From: Podarcis muralis
Taxonomy: Eukaryota
Assembly: GCF_964188315.1 (NCBI RefSeq)
Contig: NC_135659.1
Coordinates: 34,286,001 to 34,350,000 of the forward strand
DNA: 64,000 bases
Direction: 5' to 3'
Shown: one piece after another, positions 51,079-60,454 of the stretch
Layout: every line of letters begins with the position of its first letter
Position numbering within the stretch: the first letter of the stretch is position 1
The notes under the pieces: generated by a model
The model's database searches: none
What the model saw: the letters and a program-made list of their open reading frames with translations, nothing else
Told to the model about the DNA's origin: nothing
Translations under genes and position numbers: made by a program

Positions 51079-53176
51079 ACATTTACTCTTCCCATACCTT
51101 TCAAAGGGTGAGTGGGAACTTGTTTAAAGTGGACAGGGAATTTCAAGCTGTAAGCCAACAAAGCCATTTGCTGTGAAAAGGAAAAGGAAAGCAGGGAGTG
51201 GGGGGGGGGGGGCTAAGAAGAGGTGAAAATGCACTTGCTGCCAAAATCCATTCCAAGTGATAATCTTCTAGAGTTCAATCCTGCTCTGCTTCGCCAGGAT
51301 GCACAGGATTCAGTCCAAGTGTCCCAGAGCCAGTATAAGCTGAGACCAAACCCTTTCATCAATCATGCCTCCTATAGGACCACTGTGGATGAGCCTCTGT
51401 CTGATGGATTTGTTCCAGCTTCCTGGTTTCTGGGAACTGGGAAGAGCTAGAGAGGAAGTCTGGCTGCTAAATGTGTACTATGCAGCAAATGAAGGACTGT
51501 TGATTTCTGATAACGTAGGACTTTAAGTCTTTATAAAGGGAAATGGAGCATGAAGCTGGATTTGAACTGTAGCTGATCACTTGGAGGTGGTCCAGAATTC
51601 AACAGGGATTACAGGAACAGCCCTATGGGGAATTTGACCTAAATCATTCTGCTGTTATCTGCACTACATACCAGCAGGCTGGAGTTATAAGAGGCTTTTT
51701 GCTGTTGTTTTAAGTGTTTCATACCTGAATTCACTTGGTCTCTGTAATGGGAGATTTCCTAGTCTACCCATTCCAAAAATAATTTGCTTCAGTCTGAAGA
51801 ACTAGTGAAAAAGAGAGATCATTTTCTTTTAAGTGTGCCAATGCAAACCAACCCTCTAGCATACTCTCAGTGTTACCACCCTGATCTTGCTGTTCACTTC
51901 AAAAAGAATTACAATAAATAAAGAAATACCTAAATAGGATTCATTGTTATCTGCATCCTTGAATTGTTCCTCATCATATCACTGAGAACAGCAGAACTCC
52001 ATGGAGATTGTGGCAGGGAGGGGGCGGGGAGTAAAAGAAACATTGGTGTGCCCTGGGTCATAACAAGCGACAGGCCTTGAACAACAAGAAAAAAGCAGGT
52101 AGACAATTTTTGAATGCGAATTGGTTTTTTTTAAAAAATGTGCCAAGTGTGATACTTCCTGTTCCAAACTCCTTTTGTGCTGTGATAGCTAAATAAAAGG
52201 CAAGCTCACACTGGAAGAAAGAGCAGCCATCTGATTTTTGGACAGTTTTTCCGATATGCTGCAGCTACAGCTCTGTTTATCTGGAATAATGCTTGACAGC
52301 TGTGCGTCCCCCAAGCACATGCTCTGATACAATGCCCTGAGATGGGTGAAGCATGTACAACAAAATGATGCAACTTAAAGCAAGACAGCCAAGTCAACTA
52401 AAATCCATGTTTCACAGAGTCCTTTCTTGAGTTATAGACACAGGGACAGTCTCTCGGAAACTATCTGAGAAACTGGCAATTGGAGAGGAGTTCAATGTCA
52501 TTCACAGCAATTTTCCTCCCTTTCGGGTGTGCGTGTGTGTGCGCGCGCCTATTCGAACGCTGAGTTTTAGCAGCACATTAAAAACAAAGCTGACAGAATC
52601 AATAGAATTTAAGATGCCCTCGTAATCTGGGTTTAACACCAAAGTAGCACCTTTAATCAAAGACGTGGAACCCTCTGTGATTTTCTGACATCTACATCTA
52701 TCATCTGGATAACGCTGCTGCTGCTGCTTTTTTCGCTGAACAGAATTAGCAACTTTAGTCAAATAATTAAAACCTGCCTGCCCAGAAATGTCAGGAAAAA
52801 AATCAGTATGACACTTTATCATTCTTGTAAAAGTTTCATTTTAATCTACACACCACGCCAGCTGCTTTGTGGCGCTATAATAAAAGTCATCAAAATGCTA
52901 CGGGGAATTCCCAGAGCACACCAAAAAATATTTCAGCACCGGCTGCCAGGCACATTTTGAAGTTAGGGCCAGTTTATTCCATGAAAATGAAAAATCAGGC
53001 ATGCAGCATATTTGTAATAATGTGATAGATAGATAGATAATATTTATTACGGCCATAGGCCCATACAGGTAAAAACAACACATAAGTGGCAGCTTGTGCC
53101 GTGGGGAAAAGAAAAAACAGTCGCTAAAACACCACTATAACAATAAATACTATAAGATGGAAAGGCATGCTACGCC

Positions 53177-56100
53177 TTAATTAGCTTGTAGCGCTCCTTG
53201 GCGTCGCTTTTGGGAGAGGACAGCGACCAGGAACCTAGCCACTTTCAGGGTCGTGTGGGAATCCTTATCCTGCAAGATTTGGGCAAGGTGGAATTTTGGT
53301 GGGGTACCCTCTAGTTTCTGTATGATTGATCCCAACAAATTTGCCCGTGGCACATTGAACAGGGGGCAAGTGAACATAATGTGCTGGAGCGACTCCGGCG
53401 TCACCTTATCACATTCGCACGTGGCGGGGACTTGGCCCTTTGAGAATCTATGTCTCAGGACATTGGAGGGGAAAACGTTGAACCTCGCTTTGGTGAAGGC
53501 CAGTCTATGGGCAACAGTCGAAAGGGAGGAGAGGTATGATGGAACGCAATAAGTTAAAGTGATACCAATGTTCTGGGGCGAACAAACACCTCCCCCCAGC
53601 GTATAATTTTGCTGCAAGTCGATGTCATCCAGTCTTTGACGGATCAGTCTTTGAGCAGTGATTTGATCTAGTTTTAGGGAATCTGAGGGAGAGATTCCAT
53701 AGCTCAGGAGTTTGGCATGAATTTTACTAGTCCAAAGGCTGGAGAATTCATCTCGCCATAAGCATTGGACAAGGTAATGATTTGGTAATCTATGCCACAA
53801 TGATAACCAGTAATTGAAGACTTGCTTCCACAGGCAAGTTTCTAAGGATGCGATCTTCAATTCTAGTCGCATGGCTGCGTTGCTTACGCACAGGGTGAGC
53901 ATTAGGAGCCGGCGTAGGAATTGGCTTTGCAGAGTCTCAAGGGGAGCAAGATCTGTCATCACGGCCCAGAGCGGGGCAGCATAAGCAAGCACTGCAACCA
54001 CTTTTGCCTTGAACACCTTTAGGGCCGAGGGAACATGCAGAGCTCCGTCCCAAAAGAAAAATCGGAGGAGCGCATATGACAGGGTTTTGGCCTTGTTAAG
54101 TAGGTGTTGAATTTGAGCTTTCCATCCCAAGTTGTATTGAAAAATAACTCCTAGATATTGAAATTTTAGGACTTGCTCTATTTTTGCTCCACCAAGCTTC
54201 CATTTGTATAATCTCCGGCTTCTGGAGAAAATCAGAATCTTGGACTTAGCATGGTTGATGGTTAATTGGTTGAGTTGGCAATACGTGGCAAAGATCTTCA
54301 GAGCTCTGGTTAGTCCAACACGTGTATAAGATAGAATTACCGCGTCGTCCGCATATAAAAGGAGTGGGCAGCGGTAATCCGCTAGTCTAGGCGCGTGTGT
54401 ACTTGGAGATGAGTTAACTAGGGGTGCTCGCATGTCGCTGATGAAAAGGTTGAATAGGCAGGGAGCCAATATACATCCTTGGCGCACTCCCTTGTTTATT
54501 GGTATCGAATTTGTGAGGTCGCCCGCAGGAGTAAGTCTCACTCTGGCAAGGGTACCTTCGTGGAGCTGACTTATGAGCCATAAGAGTCTTCTATCAATGC
54601 CCTGTTTCGCAAGTTTCTCCCAAAGATTATTTCTAGGAACGCTGTCAAAGGCTGCCTTTAGATCTAAGAAGGCAGCACAGAGGTTGCCCCGGGGAGGGGA
54701 GGAGTACTTCCGTGCCAGACGATAAAGAATTATTGCATGATCTGTTGTAGAACGTTTAGTTCTGAACCCTGCTTGTTCGTGGCCAATCTGGTTAGTCTCA
54801 TCTACCCATCGCAATAATTTAGTCAGCAAAAAGCTGGCATAAATTTTCCCTATGATCGAAAGGAGGCTGATGTTGCGGTAGTTTTCCGGCTCCGTTGGAG
54901 AACCTTTTTTATGAATTGGTACTATAATGGCCTCCTTCCATATTTTGGGGATGAGACCGGAAGCGTTGATTGCATCGAAGGTTTTGGCCAAGATGCCGGC
55001 CCACCATTTTGGGTGTAGTTTGATGGCTTCAGCAGGGATCAAGTCGGGCCCAGGGGCTTTGCCCGGTTTCAGCTGAGCTATTAGCTTGGCTATTTCGTCA
55101 GGATCGGTGGGAGGCCAAATAGGTAGGTGGGTAAACAGATGCATCAGATGGTCGGAGGGAGCATCTGCCTGTGAGAAGCATTTCTTCAGGAACACTTCCC
55201 ATGTCGGTGCAGAGATGACTGCCCTTGGGTATTTCCTCACCCTTCTGTTAATCAAAGACCAGAATTCCCTGGATCTGTGTGGTTTTGAAGCAGTAATCAA
55301 AGCCTGCCAACGATTATGTTGCCACTCATGCTTGGCGGTTTTCTGCGTGCGTTTGTAGACTTGCTTGGCTTGGGCATAACTAGCTGGCAGAGTAGATGCA
55401 TCAGAGATCTTATATACATTATATATAGCACGGAGGCGCTGTCTTGCTTGTTTGCACTGAGAATTATACCAGGGGGCACCGTGAGTATACTCGATTCGAT
55501 TTAAATTTTTGGGTGGTAACCTAAAGAAGGACGTAAGATCAGTCGTATGATGGTGGAAGCGCTTCAACACTATGCTATGCTCGTCTGAGGCAGAGCCTAT
55601 GTTGGAATGGGGCCCGAGGATTTCTTTTTGAAAGAATTCCTGGTACCTTTGAGCCTGGGTCTCCGACCATTTGATTCCTCTTACTTGGAGAGATTCGTTG
55701 GTTACCATCTGGGTCGCATGTCTATGAGCCTCCGGCTGCCAGTTCAGGGAAAGCTTAGCTACAAGGGGAAGATGATCACTAAATTGTACATTCTCGATCT
55801 TAAAGGTGGAAATACACTTAAGTAGATCCCTAGAGACCAACTGGTAATCGAGGACGCTGTTTGATTTAACGCTCAGGTGAGTGAAATCCCCTGGAATATC
55901 AGGGAGGCATGTGCCATTTAAGGGCACCAAATTCAAACGGATGGCCATTTGATAGAGGAGTACCCCAGCCTCATTTGCTCTGTGGTCTTTAGAAGTTCTC
56001 CTCATGATATGTTCCAGGTCGTAATTATCAAGGTTTGGGGTAACCCACCATTTGGCTTTGGTCAGCGAGTCCCAGTTTGCTGCTGTGCGGGCATTAAAAT

Positions 56101-56212
56101 CGCCACCTATAATGGCCGGGGTGTTAGGGAACTTAACATAGCATGAGAGCAAATGCTCTTCTAGCGAGCCCCATTTAGAGCCCAGTTCGAGGGAAGAACC
56201 CCCAGGTGGCAA
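53177..56212 (-). CDS. LINE ORF2: APE endonuclease (partial) + reverse transcriptase + C-terminal Cys/His motif, 1011 aa open frame
   Basis: Endonuclease motifs GGDFNART, SVLDY, SDHLP. RT motifs KAPGPD, PIHKKG..NYRNISLL, QAGFR, DLKAAFDSV, GVRQGCILAP, LLYADD, FQYLGV. C-terminal CECDKVTPESLQHIMFTC. The annotated start is a TTG inside the endonuclease (NVYLPPGG), not a true initiator. Confidence 0.93.
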   Translation of the reverse strand: MPPGGSSLELGSKWGSLEEHLLSCYVKFPNTPAIIGGDFNARTAANWDSLTKAKWWVTPNLDNYDLEHIMRRTSKDHRANEAGVLLYQMAIRLNLVPLNGTCLPDIPGDFTHLSVKSNSVLDYQLVSRDLLKCISTFKIENVQFSDHLPLVAKLSLNWQPEAHRHATQMVTNESLQVRGIKWSETQAQRYQEFFQKEILGPHSNIGSASDEHSIVLKRFHHHTTDLTSFFRLPPKNLNRIEYTHGAPWYNSQCKQARQRLRAIYNVYKISDASTLPASYAQAKQVYKRTQKTAKHEWQHNRWQALITASKPHRSREFWSLINRRVRKYPRAVISAPTWEVFLKKCFSQADAPSDHLMHLFTHLPIWPPTDPDEIAKLIAQLKPGKAPGPDLIPAEAIKLHPKWWAGILAKTFDAINASGLIPKIWKEAIIVPIHKKGSPTEPENYRNISLLSIIGKIYASFLLTKLLRWVDETNQIGHEQAGFRTKRSTTDHAIILYRLARKYSSPPRGNLCAAFLDLKAAFDSVPRNNLWEKLAKQGIDRRLLWLISQLHEGTLARVRLTPAGDLTNSIPINKGVRQGCILAPCLFNLFISDMRAPLVNSSPSTHAPRLADYRCPLLLYADDAVILSYTRVGLTRALKIFATYCQLNQLTINHAKSKILIFSRSRRLYKWKLGGAKIEQVLKFQYLGVIFQYNLGWKAQIQHLLNKAKTLSYALLRFFFWDGALHVPSALKVFKAKVVAVLAYAAPLWAVMTDLAPLETLQSQFLRRLLMLTLCVSNAAMRLELKIASLETCLWKQVFNYWLSLWHRLPNHYLVQCLWRDEFSSLWTSKIHAKLLSYGISPSDSLKLDQITAQRLIRQRLDDIDLQQNYTLGGGVCSPQNIGITLTYCVPSYLSSLSTVAHRLAFTKARFNVFPSNVLRHRFSKGQVPATCECDKVTPESLQHIMFTCPLFNVPRANLLGSIIQKLEGTPPKFHLAQILQDKDSHTTLKVARFLVAVLSQKRRQGALQAN

Positions 56213-56250
56213 GTAAACATTTGTAACTAGGAGCGAGATCTTTTCCCCCC

Positions 56251-56435
56251 GTAATCAGCCCGGTAAGGGCGTAGGGAGGCAAGGCCTGTACTAGAGTAAA
56301 TTTAGAATGTAGGTTGAGGGAGATGCCTATTATTAGGCCCCCTTTAGGGCGGCCTCCTTTCAGGGAGGGGCAGGCAGGGAGTTCTAGCAGCTCAAAGCCA
56401 TTTAGGACAATTTTCTCTACTTCCCACGATTCTTG
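56251..56435 (-). pseudogene. Frameshifted N-terminal continuation of the LINE endonuclease
   Basis: Reads QESWEVEKIVLNGFELLELPACPSLKGGRPKGGLIIGISLNLHSKFTLVQALPPYALTGLIT (QE(T/S)W and G..GG motifs). It is one base out of frame with the main ORF. Deleting one base of the C6 run at 56245-56250 fuses the frames (...ITGEKISLLVTNVYLPPGG). Confidence 0.8.
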
Positions 56436-56942
56436 GTTTGTAATAATGTGTTTATCAGTACAGTCAGAATCCCAGATAATTCCCTTTATTTTATTTTTTT
56501 AATGCAAGAATTATTATTGCTCTTTCTAGAGAGAAAAGCTTTCTTACAAAGAAATATAGCTACATTTCAGGGGCATGTTTCAAACATAACACTTAAGCTG
56601 TGGCTTATATAAAGTATGGCTAAAATATGGTTCGTTTGTCCAAACTCAGCCCAGGAAACTACCTGTGTTATGTTTTCTAGCAAAAACCCTCAATCCGAGG
56701 ACATGGCTGGCTTACAAACCCTGGTTTGTTTTAACTTGATTTGGCATTATGTCTGAATCCAAAAGCCCTGCTTACTTGTGATTTTTTGCATCTACCCTAT
56801 CACCAAGCTACAGAACCACAAGCAAGAGCAGCTGGAAAATAAGCAAACGATGGCTTGCTCAATCATCTACGACCACTGTTGGTTCATTGAACAAACCATG
56901 GTTATAATAAACCTTGGCATACCACTATGTGCAAATGTAGCC

Positions 56943-57130
56943 TAAGGTTGCCATATTTCAAACAGTGAAAATCTTGGGGGGGGGGGGGGGTGGAATTGTT
57001 GATCAAGAAATGCCAACATGGATTGACATACGTCTGGAATTTCCCAGGCATTTTCCTGATTTCTACCCGGATACGGCTGCAGACTGCAATATTCCAGATA
57101 TGCCTGGGGAAATCCAGGTGTATAATATAG
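56943..57130. mobile_element. Degenerate hAT-like element with internal G15 run
   Basis: Starts aggttgccatatttc (a hAT-type terminus). Right end is poorly resolved. Confidence 0.4.
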
Positions 57131-57760
57131 CCAGAAGCTCACCTAAGAATACTGAATGGACTAAATACAGCCATTTTCTGCATCTGTATGGTAAAACCAC
57201 CCTTACTAGTTTGCAGGATAATACAGACTTACCAAGGGGATATATTCAAACTAAACCAAGTTGTGGCTTTGTCTCTAGTTATACACTTCTGGGGCCCCTC
57301 ATAGGCCTTGGGATGATTATTTCAAGATAACTCTTTCAAGCCCAAAATGACTATGAACCACATTGGATACGGCTTCATTAATGTCTTTAACACATGGTCA
57401 AATATCACTATTTGCTTATTCATTCCATTGTAGCCACAACGTATCAGTCATGTGCTTAAATACAAACCCAATTCTTGACCCATGCACATACAAACATTTT
57501 TGCACAAGTGCTGTTTAAAAAAGGAAAGTGATTCACATGTCAGGAAAGATGGAAAAACCAATAATCTGTATCCACTAAGGCTTTAGTCATGCAAGACACT
57601 ATTGCAGCAAGAATAGACCTTGATCGAAGGAAGTCCACTATGCAAAAAGTGCACTATGCAAGAAGTCCACTATGCAAAAATTTTGAATTATTATATAACT
57701 CAGTGTATGAAATGGGCATCATAGACCAAGCACAGCAAGAATTCTAGAATCGTGGACACA

Positions 57761-58260
57761 ATAATATAATAATTTATTATTTATACCCCACCCATCTGGC
57801 TGGGTTTGCCTGGCCACTCTGGGCAGCTCCCAACTGAACATTAAAAACACAATACAGCATTAAACATTAAAAACTTCTCTAAACAGGGCTCCCTTCAGAT
57901 GTCTTTTAAAAGTAAGATAGTTGCTTATTTCCTTGACATCCGATGGGAGGGTGTTCCACAGAGCAGGTGCCGCTACCGAGAAGGCCCTCTGCCTGGTTCC
58001 CTGTAACTTGGCTTCTCACAGTGAGGGAACTGCCAGAAGGCCCTCGGCGCTGGACCTCAGTGTCCAGGCAGAATGATGGGGGTGGAGACGCTACTTCAGG
58101 TACACTGGGCCGAGGCCATTTAGGGCTTTAAAGGTCAGAACCAACACTTTGAATTGTGCTTGGAAACGTACTGGGAGCCAATGTAAGTCTCTCAGGACCG
58201 GTGTTATAGGGTCTCAGTGGCCACTCCCAGTCACCAGTCTAGCTGCTGCATTCTGGATTA
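57761..58260 (-). mobile_element. L2 LINE 3' end (about 500 bp)
   Basis: Minus strand translates IQNAAARLVTGSGH*DPITPVLRDLHWLPVRFQAQFKVLVLTFKALNGLGPVYLK*RLHP (L2 signature), then a 3' UTR and an AT-rich tail. Confidence 0.9.
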
Positions 58261-60316
58261 ATTATAATGGACATTATACTTCTACAATGGCAATACATGT
58301 AGTTTTCCTTCTTGGAACACAAGCTAGCTTCCAAGAAACTCTGGGATTCTCAGATGGCCTTATCTCATTTCACCTTCTAACCATTCAGCCCATTAATTAG
58401 TTCAAACGAACATTAAAGTTTCTCAACACAGGCAAAATTTGAACATATTTAATTAAGAATACCATTGCCTCTTGACAAAGTCAAAGAGACAAAGCGCTTC
58501 TTATTGTAACAAAGTCATCCACACTGATTACCTTTTCACCAGAGGTTGGGGGCTTCAATTAGATACCAAGATTTAAAATCTACAATTAATGTCGTCGCTC
58601 AACAGACCAAATATTCCTAAAAGCGTATCAGATATACCATGTGCGGCACCGACCATTTCTATGCTTCGAAAGCGGTGTATGTAACAAATGGAAATATATC
58701 TATTTTCTACATGAAAAGGGGGTTGGGGTTCTTTTTGAAAGCATGGGTGGAACTCGGTTTGATGAAAACTGCTAAAGATTTGGGATGGAGACATGGGAAA
58801 GAGAAAGAAATCACTGCTACTTTGTTTTAATGAAAACGGTAAGCACAGGGGCAGCCTTGGCTGTTTCTGCTACCCATATTGCACAGAATCAGTTGCATTT
58901 TATTACATTATTACTGGGGTTGGTTTACAAGACCATCCCCAATAGGCCTGACCTTTGGGAGATGCAGGCACAAGTGTGGGGATGCAGGGGGGAGGGAGGG
59001 GGCAGAAGATGAAAGAGGATGCCGTCGCAGCAGCCGTCTTATGCTAAAGACTTGATTTCGAAGAGCAACTCATATGGCTGCAGCCAGAATAATTTGAGAG
59101 CTCACTTTTCAACAACCTACAAAAAAGGGAGTGTTTTGTTTCAGGACATTTTTTTAAAAACTATAGAGTTGGAAATGTGTCTATGATTATGCCAAAATTT
59201 TTAAAAAAGGAAATGATTAAAAGGAAAACACACAAAAAAACATGATGCCGTGAGGGGGGAGGCATTCTTATACTACAGCAACTATATTTTATTTCACAAT
59301 GCCTTTATTCAGGCTTGATGTTGATGATGTATATCTTGATTTTATGTAATTTCCTCTCTTGTTTAATTGCTCAGATAAGCTCGGGGAGAAACCACAAATT
59401 ACCTGAGCACGCAAAAGAAACATAATTATCTTTTAACACTGAAAATGATGTTTTCCCACTTTGCATATCTACAACCTTAGATGTATAGGAGGAGGTTTAG
59501 AAAGCCATGGTGGTCATTAGAAAACTTCGTGAGTTGGGTTTTGTTTTTTTTATGATTCTTTCCCTTAGCCACTTAAGCAAGCATATTCTTTGGACCACAA
59601 AATTTCGTGCCAAGAAAAGCAGGATCCTGTGGTTTTCTAGAAAAAGGGGAGAAATGCAAATTTTGCACAATTGACTATGATTTTTACTAGCCATGGGAAA
59701 AGGCAGGGAACCATGTAACCAATTCTGCCCCTTGAACTAGTGAAAATTCTGCTCAGAGCTACTCCGATACTTAGATTTCAGTAGTTATTATCCACTTTCA
59801 AGCTTAGCTCCACACCCCTATGAACGTTGACTTTTTAAAGAAAAGGCTTACATTCTCAGCATGCTCAAGTTCAATCCAGCTACCAAAATGTGTTTCCCCA
59901 TACAACTCTACCCAGGAATATTGCCTTAGACATTAAAATAAAATTCTAGGCTTGAAATGTAAATTTAAGTGACAGTTTGTAGTCACATGGCTAATATTCC
60001 CTTTATCACATATAACCATTTTCCCAGCCCATCAGTCTGCACTTACAGAATAGGCATCTCAAAGTCCACTCTTCTGTTAATAATAATCACTGCCTACTCT
60101 ATGAGCTGCACAAGTGGGGCTGCGATACTATTATACCATGCTACTGGGGGGAAAGGTTAGGCTGCAGCAAAGTCACCTCTTCACTGCCTTCCACTAGTGG
60201 AAAGGAAGATGGCTGCTGGAGATGGGGGAGCTCTGAAGCTGGTAGCCAGTGGAACGCCCCCAAATGGGGCATTTGGTGTTAGGGGAGAGGTTTCTCACCT
60301 GTGGGTCACTCTAAAG

Positions 60317-60454
60317 CAGCCTTTCTCAACCTGTGGGTCCCCAGATGTTGATGAACTACAACTCCCATCACCCCTAGCTAGCAAGGCCAGAGCTCAGGGA
60401 TGATGGGAGTTGTAGTCCAACAACATCTGGGGACCCACAGGTTGAGAACCGCTG
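60317..60454. mobile_element. hAT-type palindromic MITE (138 bp)
   Basis: TIRs cagcctttctcaacctgtggg and cccacaggttgagaaccgctg. TSD ctctaaag / ctctagag. Confidence 0.92.

Larger units (their letters stand above)
53025..56436 (-). mobile_element. Young 5'-truncated non-LTR retrotransposon (LINE), RTEX/RTE-like, 3412 bp
   Basis: Perfect 14-bp TSD tttgtaataatgtg at 53011-53024 and 56437-56450. The 3' end has AATAAA (53043-53048, minus strand) followed by a (CTAT)n tail (53025-53040). It contains an APE-RT ORF. The clade call rests on motif style (QAGFR, FLDLKAAFDSV, GVRQGCILAP, C-terminal Cys/His motif) and is less certain than the LINE call. Confidence 0.93.

Noticed and set aside
53253-55825. 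Plus-strand and alternative-frame ORFs within the LINE
   Set aside because: Shadow ORFs of the real RT frame.
56451-56510. Apparent open-frame extension of the LINE endonuclease beyond QESW
   Set aside because: It lies outside the TSD, so it is host flank.
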